A DNA stretch of 64,000 nucleotides, taken from positions 188,790,001-188,854,000 of the forward strand of contig OZ024741.1 of the NCBI GenBank assembly GCA_964016885.1, read 5' to 3'. Source of the DNA: Eledone cirrhosa (lineage: Eukaryota). Positions 43,095-58,000 of the stretch are shown here, one piece after another. Numbering within the stretch: the first letter of the stretch is position 1; each line of letters opens with the position of its first letter. A model generated the notes under the pieces. That model was given only the letters and a program-made list of their open reading frames with translations, was not told where the DNA came from and did no database searches. A program made the position numbers and the translations under genes.

Positions 43095-46000
43095 CCTACA
43101 ATGTATTCTCTCTAACCCTTATTTCATTCCTACAATGTATTCTCTCTAACCCTTATTTCATTCCTACAATATATTCTCTCTAACACTTATTTCATTCCTA
43201 CAATGTATTCTCTCCAACCCTTATTTCATTCCTACAATGTATTCTCTCTAACCCTTATTTCATTCCTACAATGTATTCTCTCTAACCCTTATTTCATTCC
43301 TACAATGTATTCTCTCTAACCCTTATTTCATTCCTACAATGTATTCTCTCTAACCCCTTATTTCATTCCTACAATGTATTCTCTCTAACCCTTATTTCAT
43401 TCCTACAATGTATTCTCTCTAACCCTTATTTCATTCCTACAATGTATTCTCTCTAACCCTTATTTCATTCCTACAATGTATTCTCTCTAACCCTTATTTC
43501 ATTCCTACAATGTATTCTCTCTAACCCTTATTTCATTCCTACAATGTATTCTCTCTAACCCTTATTTCATTCCTACAATGTATTCTCTCTAACCCTTATT
43601 TCATTCCTACAATGTATTCTCTCTAACCCTTATTTCATTCCTACAATGTATTCTCTCTAACCCTTATTTCATTCCTACAATGTATTCTCTCTAACCCTTA
43701 TTTCATTCCTACAATGTATTCTCTCTAACCCTTATTTCATTCCTACAATGTATTCTCTCTAACCCTTATTTCATTCCTACAATGTATTCTCTCTAACCCT
43801 TATTTCATTCCTACAATGTATTCTCTCTAACCCTTATTTCATTCCTACAATGTATTCTCTCTAACCCTTATTTCATTCCTACAATGTATTCTCTCTAACC
43901 CTTATTTCATTCCTACAATGTATTCTCTCTAACCCTTATTTCATTCCTACAATGTATTCTCTCTAACCCTTATTTCATTCCTACAATGTATTCTCTCTAA
44001 CCCTTATTTCATTCCTACAATGTATTCTCTCTAACCCTTATTTCATTCCTACAATATATTCTCTCTAACCCTTATTTCATTCCTACAATATATTCTCTCT
44101 AACCCTTATTTCATTCCTACAATGTATTCTCTCTAACCCTTATTTCATTCCTACAATATATTCTCTCTAACCCTTATTTCATTCCTACAATATATTCTCT
44201 CTAACCCTTATTTCATTCCTACAATGTATTCTCTCTAACCCTTATTTCATTCCTACAATGTATTCTCTCTAACCCTTATTTCATTCCTACAATATATTCT
44301 CTCTAACCCTTATTTCATTCCTACAATGTATTCTCTCTAACCCTTATTTCATTCCTACAATATATTCTCTCTAACCCTTATTTCATTCCTACAATGTATT
44401 CTCTCTAACCCTTATTTCATTCCTACAATGTATTCTCTCTAACCCTTATTTCATTCCTACAATGTATTCTCTCTAACCCTTATTTCATTCCTACAATGTA
44501 TTCTCTCTAACCCTTATTTCATTCCTACAATGTATTCTCTCTAACCCTTATTTCATTCCTACAATATATTCTCTCTAACCCTTATTTCATTCCTACAATG
44601 TATTCTCTCTAACCCTTATTTCATTCCTACAACGTATTCTCTCTAACCCTTATTTCATTCCTACAATATATTCTCTCTAACCCTTATTTCATTCCTACAA
44701 TGTATTCTCTCTAACCCTTATTTCATTCCTACAATGTATTCTCTCTAACCCTTATTTCATTCCTACAATGTATTCTCTCTAACCCTTATTTCATTCCTAC
44801 AATGTATTCTCTCACCCTTATTTCATTCCTACAATATATTCTCTCTAACCCTTATTTCATTCCTACAATGTATTCTCTCTAACCCTTATTTCATTCCTAC
44901 AATGTATTCTCTCTAACCCTTATTTCATTCCTACAATATATTCTCTCTAACCCTTATTTCATTCCTACAATGTATTCTCTCTAACCCTTATTTCATTCCT
45001 ACAATGTATTCTCTATAACCCTTATTTCATTCCTACAATATATTCTCTCTAACCCTTATTTCATTCCTACAATGTATTCTCTCTAACCCTTATTTCATTC
45101 CTACAATGTATTCTCTCTAACCCTTATTTCATTCCTACAATATATTCTCTCTAACCCTTATTTCATTCCTACAATGTATTCTCTCTAACCCTTATTTCAT
45201 TCCTACAATGTATTCTCTCTAACCCTTATTTCATTCCTACAATATATTCTCTCTAACCCTTATTTCATTCCTACAATGTATTCTCTCTAGCCCTTATTTC
45301 ATTCCTACAATGTATTCTCTCTAACCCTTATTTCATTCCTACAATGTATTCTCTCTAACCCTTATTTCATTCCTACAATGTATTCTCTCTAACCCTTATT
45401 TCATTCCTACAATGTATTCTCTCTAACCCTTATTTCATTCCTACAATGTATTCTCTCTAACCCTTATTTCATTCCTACAATATATTCTCTCTAACCCTTA
45501 TTTCATTCCTACAATATATTCTCTCTAACCCTTATTTCATTCCTACAATGTATTCTCTCTAACCCTTATTTCATTCCTACAATGTATTCTCTCTAACCCT
45601 TATTTCATTCCTACAATGTATTCTCTCTAACCCTTATTTCATTCCTACAATCTATTCTCTCTAACCCTTATTTCATTCCTACAATGTATTCTCTCTAACC
45701 CTTATTTCATTCCTACAATATATTCTCTCTAACCCTTATTTCATTCCTACAATGTATTCTCTCTAACCCTTGTTTCATTCCTACAATATATTCTCTCTAA
45801 CCCTTATTTCATTCCTACAATGTATTCTCTCTAACCCTTATTTCATTCCTACAATGTATTCTCTCTAACCCTTATTTCATTCCTACAATGTATTCTCTCT
45901 AACCCTTATTTCATTCCTACAATATATTCTCTCTAACCCTTATTTCTTTCCTACAATGTATTCTCTCTAACCCTTATTTCATTCCTACAATATATTCTCT

Positions 46001-49000
46001 CTAACCCTTATTTCATTCCTACAATATATTCTCTCTAACCCTTATTTCATTCCTACAATATATTCTCTCTAACCCTTATTTCATTCCTACAATGTATTCT
46101 CTCTAACCCTTATTTCATTCCTACAATGTATTCTCTCTAACCCTTATTTCATTCCTACAATATATTCTCTCTAACCCTTATTTCATTCCTACAATGTATT
46201 CTCTCTAACCCTTATTTCATTCCTACAATATATTCTCTCTAACCCTTATTTCATTCCTACAATGTATTCTCTCTAACCCTTATTTCATTCCTACAATATA
46301 TTCTCTCTAACCCTTATTTCATTCCTACAATGTATTTTCTCTAACCCTTATTTCATTCCTACAATGTATTCTCTCTAACCCTTATTTCATTCCTACAATG
46401 TATTCTCTCTAACCCTTATTTCATTCCTACAATATATTCTCTCTACCCTTATTTCATTCCTACAATGTATTCTCTCTAACCCTTATTTCATTCCTACAAT
46501 GTATTCTCTCTAACCCTTATTTCATTCCTACAATGTATTCTCTCTAACCCTTATTTCATTCCTACAATGTATTCTCTCTAACCCTTATTTCATTCCTACA
46601 ATGTATTCTCTCTAACCCTTATTTCATTCCTACAATATATTCTCTCTAACCCTTATTTCATTCCTACAATGTATTCTCTCTAACCCTTATTTCATTCCTA
46701 CAATGTATTCTCTCTAACCCTTATTTCATTCCTACAATATATTCTCTCTAACCCTTATTTCATTCCAACAATGTATTCTCTCTAACCCTTATTTCATTCG
46801 TACAATATATTCTCTCTAACCCTTATTTCATTCCTACAATGTATTCTCTCTAACCCTTATTTCATTCCTACAATGTATTCTCTCTAACCCTTATTTCATT
46901 CCTACAATGTATTCTCTCTAACCCTTATTTCATTCCTACAATGTATTCTCTCTAACCCTTATTTCATTCCTACAATATATTCTCTCTAACCCTTATTTCA
47001 TTCCTACAAATGTATTCTCTCTAACCCTTATTTCATTCCTACAATGTATTCTCTCTAACCCTTTCTTCATTCCTACAATGTATTCTCTCTAACCCTTATT
47101 TCATTCCTACAATATATTCTCTCTAACCCTTATTTCATTCCTACAATATATTCTCTCTAACCCTTATTTCATTCCTACAATGTATTCTCTCTAACCCTTA
47201 TTTCATTCCTACAATGTATTCTCTCTAACCCTTATTTCATTCCTACAATGTATTCTCTCTAACCCTTATTTCATTCCTACAATATATTCTCTCTAACCCT
47301 TATTTCATTCCTACAATGTATTCTCTCTAACCCTTATTTCATTCCTACAATATATTCTCTCTAACCCTTATTTCATTCCTACAATGTATTCTCTCTAACC
47401 CTTATTTCATTCCTACAATATTTTCTCTCTAACCCTTATTTCATTCCTACAATGTATTCTCTCTAACCCTTATTTCATTCCTACAATGTATTCTCTCTAA
47501 CCCTTATTTCATTCCTACAATGTATTCTCTCTAACCCTTATTTCATTCCTACAATATATTTTCTCTAACCCTTATTTCATTCCTACAATGTATTCTCTCT
47601 AACCCTTATTTCATTCGTACAATATATTCTCTCTAACCCTTATTTCATTCCTACAATGTATTCTCTCTAACCCTTATTTCATTCCTACAATGTATTCTCT
47701 CTAACCCTTATTTCATTCCTACAATATATTCTCTCTAACACTTATTTCATTCCTACAATGTATTCTCTCCAACCCTTATTTCATTCCTACAATGTATTCT
47801 CTCTAACCCTTATTTCATTCCTACAATGTATTCTCTCTAACCCTTATTTCATTCCTACAATGTATTCTCTCTAACCCTTATTTCATTCCTACAATGTATT
47901 CTCTCTAACCACCCTTATTTCATTCCTACAATGTATTCTCTCTAACCCTTATTTCATTCCTACAATGTATTCTCTCTAACCCTTATTTCATTCCTACAAT
48001 GTATTCTCTCTAACCCTTATTTCATTCCTACAATGTATTCTCTCTAACCCTTATTTCATTCCTACAATGTATTCTCTCTAACCCTTATTTCATTCCTACA
48101 ATGTATTCTCTCTAACCCTTATTTCATTCCTACAATGTATTCTCTCTAACCCTTATTTCATTCCTACAATGTATTCTCTCTAACCCTTATTTCATTCCTA
48201 CAATGTATTCTCTCTAACCCTTATTTCATTCCTACAATGTATTCTCTCTAACCCTTATTTCATTCCTACAATATATTCTCTCTAAACCTTATTTCATTCC
48301 TACAATATATTCTCTCTAACCCTTATTTCATTCCTCCAATGTATTCTCTCTAACACTTATTTCATTCCTACAATGTATTCTCTCTAACCCTTATTTCATT
48401 CCTACAATGTATTCTCTCTAACCCTTATTTCATTCCTACAATATATTCTCTCTAACCCTTATTTCATTCCTACAATGTATTCTCTCTAACCCTTATTTCA
48501 TTCCTACAATATATTCTCTCTAACCCTTATTTCATTCCTACAATGTATTCTCTCTAACCCTTATTTCATTCCTACAATGTATTCTCTCTAACCCTTATTT
48601 CATTCCTACAATATATTCTCTCTAACCCTTATTTCATTCCTACAATGTATTCTCTCTAACCCTTATTTCATTCCTACAATGTATTCTCTCTAACCCTTAT
48701 TTCATTCCTACAATGTATTCTCTCTAACCCTTATTTCATTCCTACAATATATTCTCTCTAACCCTTATTTCATTCCTACAATATATTCTCTCTAACCCTT
48801 ATTTCATTCCTACAATGTATTCTCTCTAACCCTTATTTCATTCCTACAATATATTCTCTCTAATCCTTATTTCATTCCTACAATATATTCTCTCTAACCC
48901 TTATTTTATTCCTACAATGTATTCTCTCTAACCCTTATTTCATTCCTACAATGTATTCTCTCTAACCCTTATTTCATTCCTACAATATATTCTCTCTAAC

Positions 49001-52000
49001 CCTTATTTCATTCCTACAATGTATTCTCTCTAACCCTTATTTCATTCCTACAATATATTCTCTCTAACCCTTATTTCATTCCTACAATGTATTATCTCTA
49101 ACCCTTATTTCATTCCTACAATATATTCTCTCTAACCCTTATTTCATTCCTACAATGTATTCTCTCTAACCCTTATTTCATTCCTACAATGTATTCTCTC
49201 TAACCCTTATTTCATTCCTACAATGTATTCTCTCTAACCCTTATTTCATTCCTACAATATATTCTTTCTAACCCTTATTTCATTCCTACAATGTGATCTC
49301 TCTAACCCTTATTTCATTCCTACAACGTATTCTCTCTAACCCTTATTTCATTCCTACAATATATTCTCTCTAACCCTTATTTCATTCCTACAATGTATTC
49401 TCTCTAACCCTTATTTCATTCCAACAATGTATTCTCTCTAACCCTTATTTCATTCCTACAATGTATTCTCTCTAACCCTTATTTCATTCCTACAATGTAT
49501 TCTCTCACCCTTATTTCATTCCTACAATATATTCTCTCTAACCCTTATTTCATTCCTACAATGTATTCTCTCTAACCCTTATTTCATTCCTACAATGTAT
49601 TCTCTCTAACCCTTATTTCATTCCTACAATATATTCTCTCTAACCCTTATTTCATTCCTACAATGTATTCTCTCTAACCCTTATTTCATTCCTACAATGT
49701 ATTCTCTATAACCCTTATTTCATTCCTACAATATATTCTCTCTAACCCTTATTTCATTCCTACAATGTATTCTCTCTAACCCTTATTTCATTCCTACAAT
49801 GTATTCTCTCTAACCCTTATTTCATTCCTACAATATATTCTCTCTAACCCTTATTTCATTCCTACAATGTATTCTCTGTAACCCTTATATCATTCCTACA
49901 ATGTATTCTCTCTAACCCTTATTTCATTCCTACAATATATTCTCTCTAACCCTTATTTCATTCCAACAATGTATTCTCTCTAACCCTTATTTCATTCGTA
50001 CAATATATTCTCTCTAACCCTTATTTCATTCCTACAATGTATTCTCTCTAACCCTTATTTCATTCCTACAATGTATTCTCTCTAACCCTTATTTCATTCC
50101 TACAATGTATTCTCTCTAACCCTTATTTCATTCCTACAATGTATTCTCTCTAACCCTTATTTCATTCCTACAATGTATTCTCTCTAACCCTTACTTCATT
50201 CCTACAATGTATTCTCTCTAACCCTTATTTCATTCCTACAATATATTCTCTCTAACCCTTATTTCATTCCTACAATGTATTCTCTCTAACCCTTATTTCA
50301 TTCCTACAATGTATTCTCTCTAACCCTTATTTCATTCCTACAATATATTCTCTCTAACCCTTATTTCATTCCTACAATGTATTCTCTCTAACCCTTATTT
50401 CATTCCTACAATGTATTCTCTCTAACCCTTATTTCATTCCTACAATATATTTTCTCTAACCCTTATTTCATTCCTACAATGTATTCTCTCTAACCCTTAT
50501 TTCATTCGTACAATATATTCTCTCTAACCCTTATTTCATTCCTACAATGTATTCTCTCTAACCCTTATTTCATTCCTACAATGTATTCTCTCTAACCCTT
50601 ATTTCATTCCTACAATATATTCTCTCTAACCCTTATTTCATTCCTACAATGTATTCTCTCCAACCCTTATTTCATTCCTACAATGTATTCTCTCTAACCC
50701 TTATTTCATTCCTACAATGTATTCTCTCTAACCCTTATTTCATTCCTACAATGTATTCTCTCTAACCCTTATTTCATTCCTACAATATATTCTCTCTAAC
50801 CCTTATTTCATTCCTACAATGTATTCTCTCTAACCCTTATTTCATTCCTACAATGTATTCTCTCTAACCCTTATTTCATTCCTACAATGTATTCTCTCTA
50901 ACCCTTATTTCATTCCTACAATATATTCTCTCTAACCCTTATTTCATTCCTACAATATATTCTCTCTAACCCTTATTTCATTCCTACAATGTATTCTCTC
51001 TAACCCTTATTTCATTCCTACAATATATTCTCTCTAATCCTTATTTCATTCCTACAATATATTCTCTCTAACCCTTATTTTATTCCTACAATGTATTCTC
51101 TCTAACCCTTATTTCATTCCTACAATGTATTCTCTCTAACCCTTATTTCATTCCTACAATATATTCTCTCTAACCCTTATTTCATTCCTACAATGTATTC
51201 TCTCTAACCCTTATTTCATTCCTACAATATATTCTCTCTAACCCTTATTTCATTCCTACAATGTATTATCTCTAACCCTTATTTCATTCCTACAATATAT
51301 TCTCTCTAACCCTTATTTCATTCCTACAATGTATTCTCTCTAACCCTTATTTCATTCCTACAATATATTCTCTCTAACCCTTATTTCATTCCTACAATGT
51401 ATTCTCTCTAACCCTTATTTCATTCCTACAATGTATTCTCTATAACCCTTATTTCATTCCTACAATATATTCTCTCTAACCCTTATTTCATTCCTACAAT
51501 GTATTCTCTCTAACCCTTATTTCATTCCTACAATATATTCTCTCTAACCCTTATTTCATTCCTACAATATATTCTCTCTAACCCTTATTTCATTCCTACA
51601 ATATATTCTCTCTAACCCTTATTTCATTCCTACAATGTATTCTCTCTAACCCTTATTTCATTCCTACAATGTATTCTCTCTAACCCTTATTTCATTCCTA
51701 CAATGTATTCTCTCTAACCCTTATTTCATTCCTACAATGTATTCTCTCTAACCCTTATTTCATTCCTACAATGTATTCTCTCTAACCCTTATTTCATTCC
51801 TACAATGTATTCTCTCTAACCCTTATTTCATTCCTACAATATATTCTCTCTAAACCTTATTTCATTCCCACAATATATTCTCTCTAACCCTTATTTCATT
51901 CCTCCAATGTATTCTCTCTAACCCTTATTTCATTCCTACAATGTATTCTCTCTAACCCTTATTTCATTCCTACAATGTATTCTCTCTAACCCTTATTTCA

Positions 52001-55000
52001 TTCCTACAATATATTCTCTCTAACCCTTATTTCATTCCTACAATGTATTCTCTCTAACCCTTATTTCATTCCTACAATATATTCTCTCTTACCCTTATTT
52101 CATTCCTACAATGTATTCTCTCTAACCCTTATTTCATTCCTACAATGTATTCTCTCTAACCCTTATTTCATTCCTACAATATATTCTCTCTAACCCTTAT
52201 TTCATTCCTACAATGTATTCTCTCTAACCCTTATTTCATTCCTACAATGTATTCTCTCTAACCCTTATTTCATTCCTACAATGTATTCTCTCTAACCCTT
52301 ATTTCATTCCTACAATATATTCTCTCTAACCCTTATTTCATTCCTACAATATATTCTCTCTAACCCTTATTTCATTCCTACAATGTATTCTCTCTAACCC
52401 TTATTTCATTCCTACAATATATTCTCTCTAATCCTTATTTCATTCCTACAATATATTCTCTCTAACCCTTATTTTATTCCTACAATGTATTCTCTCTAAC
52501 CCTTATTTCATTCCTACAATGTATTCTCTCTAACCCTTATTTCATTCCTACAATATATTCTCTCTAACCCTTATTTCATTCCTACAATGTATTCTCTCTA
52601 ACCCTTATTTCATTCCTACAATATATTCTCTCTAACCCTTATTTCATTCCTACAATGTATTATCTCTAACCCTTATTTCATTCCTACAATATATTCTCTC
52701 TAACCCTTATTTCATTCCTACAATGTATTCTCTCTAACCCTTATTTCATTCCTACAATGTATTCTCTCTAACCCTTATTTCATTCCTACAATGTATTCTC
52801 TCTAACCCTTATTTCATTCCTACAATATATTCTTTCTAACCCTTATTTCATTCCTACAATGTGATCTCTCTAACCCTTATTTCATTCCTACAACGTATTC
52901 TCTCTAACCCTTATTTCATTCCTACAATATATTCTCTCTAACCCTTATTTCATTCCTACAATGTATTCTCTCTAACCCTTATTTCATTCCTACAATGTAT
53001 TCTCTCTAACCCTTATTTCATTCCTACAATGTATTCTCTCTAACCCTTATTTCATTCCTACAATGTATTCTCTCACCCTTATTTCATTCCTACAATATAT
53101 TCTCTCTAACCCTTATTTCATTCCTACAATGTATTCTCTCTAACCCTTATTTCATTCCTACAATGTATTCTCTCTAACCCTTATTTCATTCCTACAATAT
53201 ATTCTCTCTAACCCTTATTTCATTCCTACAATGTATTCTCTCTAACCCTTATTTCATTCCTACAATGTATTCTCTATAACCCTTATTTCATTCCTACAAT
53301 ATATTCTCTCTAACCCTTATTTCATTCCTACAATGTATTCTCTCTAACCCTTATTTCATTCCTACAATGTATTCTCTCTAACCCTTATTTCATTCCTACA
53401 ATATATTCTCTCTAACCCTTATTTCATTCCTACAATGTATTCTCTGTAACCCTTATATCATTCCTACAATGTATTCTCTCTAACCCTTATTTCATTCCTA
53501 CAATATATTCTCTCTAACCCTTATTTCATTCCAACAATGTATTCTCTCTAACCCTTATTTCATTCGTACAATATATTCTCTCTAACCCTTATTTCATTCC
53601 TACAATGTATTCTCTCTAACCCTTATTTCATTCCTACAATGTATTCTCTCTAACCCTTATTTCATTCCTACAATGTATTCTCTCTAACCCTTATTTCATT
53701 CCTACAATGTATTCTCTCTAACCCTTATTTCATTCCTACAATGTATTCTCTCTAACCCTTACTTCATTCCTACAATGTATTCTCTCTAACCCTTATTTCA
53801 TTCCTACAATATATTCTCTCTAACCCTTATTTCATTCCTACAATGTATTCTCTCTAACCCTTATTTCATTCCTACAATGTATTCTCTCTAACCCTTATTT
53901 CATTCCTACAATATATTCTCTCTAACCCTTATTTCATTCCTACAATGTATTCTCTCTAACCCTTATTTCATTCCTACAATGTATTCCCTCTAACCCTTAT
54001 TTCATTCCTACAATATATTTTCTCTAACCCTTATTTCATTCCTACAATGTATTCTCTCTAACCCTTATTTCATTCGTACAATATATTCTCTCTAACCCTT
54101 ATTTCATTCCTACAATGTATTCTCTCTAACCCTTATTTCATTCCTACAATGTATTCTCTCTAACCCTTATTTCATTCCTACAATATATTCTCTCTAACCC
54201 TTATTTCATTCCTACAATGTATTCTCTCCAACCCTTATTTCATTCCTACAATGTATTCTCTCTAACCCTTATTTCATTCCTACAATGTATTCTCTCTAAC
54301 CCTTATTTCATTCCTACAATGTATTCTCTCTAACCCTTATTTCATTCCTACAATGTATTCTCTCTAACCCTTATTTCATTCCTACAATGTATTCTCTCTA
54401 ACCCTTATTTCATTCCTACAATGTATTCTCTCTAACCCTTATTTCATTCCTACAATGTATTCTCTCTAACCCTTATTTCATTCCTACAATGTATTCTCTC
54501 TAACCCTTATTTCATTCCTACAATGTATTCTCTCTAACCCTTATTTCATTCCTACAATGTATTCTCTCTAACCCTTATTTCATTCCTACAATGTATTCTC
54601 TCTAACCCTTATTTCATTCCTACAATGTATTCTCTCTAACCCTTATTTCATTCCTACAATGTATTCTCTCTAACCCTTATTTCATTCCTACAATGTATTC
54701 TCTGTAACCCTTATTTCATTCCTACAATATATTCTCTCTAACCCTTATTTCATTCCTACAATATATTCTCTCTAACCCTTATTTCATTCCTCCAATGTAT
54801 TCTCTCTAACCCTTATTTCATTCCTACAATGTATTCTCTCTAACCCTTATTTCATTCCTACAATGTATTCTCTCTAACCCTTATTTCATTCCTACAATAT
54901 ATTCTCTCTAACCCTTATTTCATTCCTAAAATGTATTCTCTCTAACCCTTATTTCATTCCTACAATATATTCTCTCTAACCCTTATTTCATTCCTACAAT

Positions 55001-58000
55001 GTATTCTCTCTAACCCTTATTTCATTCCTACAATGTATTCTCTCTAACCCTTATTTCATTCCTACAATATATTCTCTCTAACCCTTATTTCATTCCTACA
55101 ATGTATTCTCTCTAACCCTTATTTCATTCCTACAATGTATTCTCTCTAACCCTTATTTCATTCCTACAATGTATTCTCTCTAACCCTTATTTCATTCCTA
55201 CAATATATTCTCTCTAACCCTTATTTCATTCCTACAATGTATTCTCTCTAACCCTTATTTCATTCCTACAATATATTCTCTCTAACCCTTATTTCATTCC
55301 TACAATATATTCTCTCTAACCCTTATTTCATTCCTACAATGTATTCTCTCTAACCCTTATTTCATTCCTACAATGTATTCTCTCTAACCCTTATTTCATT
55401 CCTACAATATATTCTCTCTAACCCTTATTTCATTCCTACAATGTATTCTCTCTAACCCTTATTTCATTCCTACAATATATTCTCTCTAACCCTTATTTCA
55501 TTCCTACAATGTATTCTCTCTAACCCTTATTTCATTCCTACAATATATTCTCTCTAACCCTTATTTCATTCCTACAATGTATTCTCTCTAACCCTTATTT
55601 CATTCCTACAATGTATTCTCTCTAACCCTTATTTCATTCCTACAATATATTCTCTCTAACCCTTATTTCATTCCTACAATGTATTCTCTCTAACCCTTAT
55701 TTCATTCCTACAATGTATTCTCTATAACCCTTATTTCATTCCTACAATATATTCTCTCTAACCCTTATTTCATTCCTACAATGTATTCTCTCTAACCCTT
55801 ATTTCATTCCTACAATGTATTCTCTCTAACCCTTATTTCATTCCTACAATATATTCTCTCTAACCCTTATTTCATTCCTACAATGTATTCTCTCTAACCC
55901 TTATTTCATTCCTACAATGTATTCTCTCTAACCCTTATTTCATTCCTACAATATATTCTCTCTAACCCTTATTTCATTCCTACAATGTATTCTCTCTAAC
56001 CCTTATTTCATTCGTACAATATATTCTCTCTAACCCTTATTTCATTCCTACAATGTATTCTCTCTAACCCTTATTTCATTCCTACAATGTATTCTCTCTA
56101 ACCCTTATTTCATTCCTACAATATATTCTCTCTAACCATTATTTCATTCCTACAATGTATTCTCTCCAACCCTTATTTCATTCCTACAATGTATTCTCTC
56201 TAACCCTTATTTCATTCCTACAATGTATTCTCTCTAACCCTTATTTCATTCCTACAATGTATTCTCTCTAACCCTTATTTCATTCCTACAATGTATTCTC
56301 TCTAACCCTTATTTCATTCCTACAATGTATTCTCTCTAACCCTTATTTCATTCCTACAATGTATTCTCTCTAACCCTTATTTCATTCCTACAATGTATTC
56401 TCTCTAACCCTTATTTCATTCCTACAATGTATTCTCTCTAACCCTTATTTCATTCCTGCAATGTATTCTCTCACCCTTATTTCATTCCTACAATATATTC
56501 TCTCTAACCCTTATTTCATTCCTACAATGTATTCTCTCTAACCCTTATTTCATTCCTACAATGTATTCTCTCTAACCCTTATTTCATTCCTACAATATAT
56601 TCTCTCTAACCCTTATTTCATTCCTACAATGTATTCTCTCTAACCCTTATTTCATTCCTACAATGTATTCTCTCTAACCCTTATTTCATTCCTACAATGT
56701 ATTCTCTCTAACCCTTATTTCATTCCTACAATGTATTCTCTCTAACCCTTATTTCATTCCTACAATGTATTCTCTCACCCTTATTTATTCCTACAATATA
56801 TTCTCTCTAACCCTTATTTCATTCCTACAATGTATTCTCTCTAACCCTTATTTCATTCCTACAATGTATTCTCTCTAAACATTATTTCATTCCTACAATA
56901 TGTTCTCTCTAACCCTTATTTCATTCCTACAATGTATTCTCTCTAACCCTTATTTCATTCCTACAATATATTCTCTATAACCCTTATTTCATTCCAACAA
57001 TATATTCTCTCTAATCCTTATTTCATTCCTACAATGTATTCTCTCTAACCCTTATTTCATTCCTACAATGTATTCTCTCTAACCCTTATTTCATTCCTAC
57101 AATATATTCTCTCTAACCCTTATTTCATTCCTACAATGTATTCTCTCTAACCCTTATTTCATTCATACAATGTATTCTCTATAACCCTTATTTCATTCCT
57201 ACAATATATTCTCTCTAACCCTTATTTCATTCCTACAATGTATTCTCTCTAACCCTTATTTCATTCCTACAATGTATACTCTCTAACCCTTATTTCATTC
57301 CTACAATATATTCTCTCTAACCCTTATTTCATTCCTACAATGTATTCTCTCTAACCCTTATTTCATTCCTACAATGTATTCTCTCTAACCCTTTTTTCAT
57401 TCCTACAATATATTCTCTCTAACCCTTATTTCATTCCTACAATGTATTCTCTCTAACCCTTATTTCATTCGTACAATATATTCTCTCTAACCCTTATTTC
57501 ATTCCTACAATGTATTCTCTCTAACCCTTATTTCATTCCTACAATGTATTCTCTCTAACCCTTATTTCATTCCTACAATATATTCTCTCTAACCCTTATT
57601 TCATTCCAACAATGTATTCTCTCCAACCCTTATTTCATTCCTACAATGTATTCTCTCTAACCCTTATTTCATTCCTACAATGTATTCTCTCTAACCCTTA
57701 TTTCATTCCTACAATGTATTCTCTCTAACCCTTATTTCATTCCTACAATGTATTCTCTCTAACCCTTATTTCATTCCTACAATGTATTCTCTCTAACCCT
57801 TATTTCATTCCTACAATGTATTCTCTCTAACCCTTATTTCATTCCTACAATGTATTCTCTCTAACCCTTATTTCATTCCTACAATATATTCTCTCTAACC
57901 CTTATTTCATTCCTACAATGTATTCTCTCTAACCCTTATTTCATTCCTACAATATATTCTCTCTAACCCTTATTTCATTCCTACAATGTATTCTCTCTAA

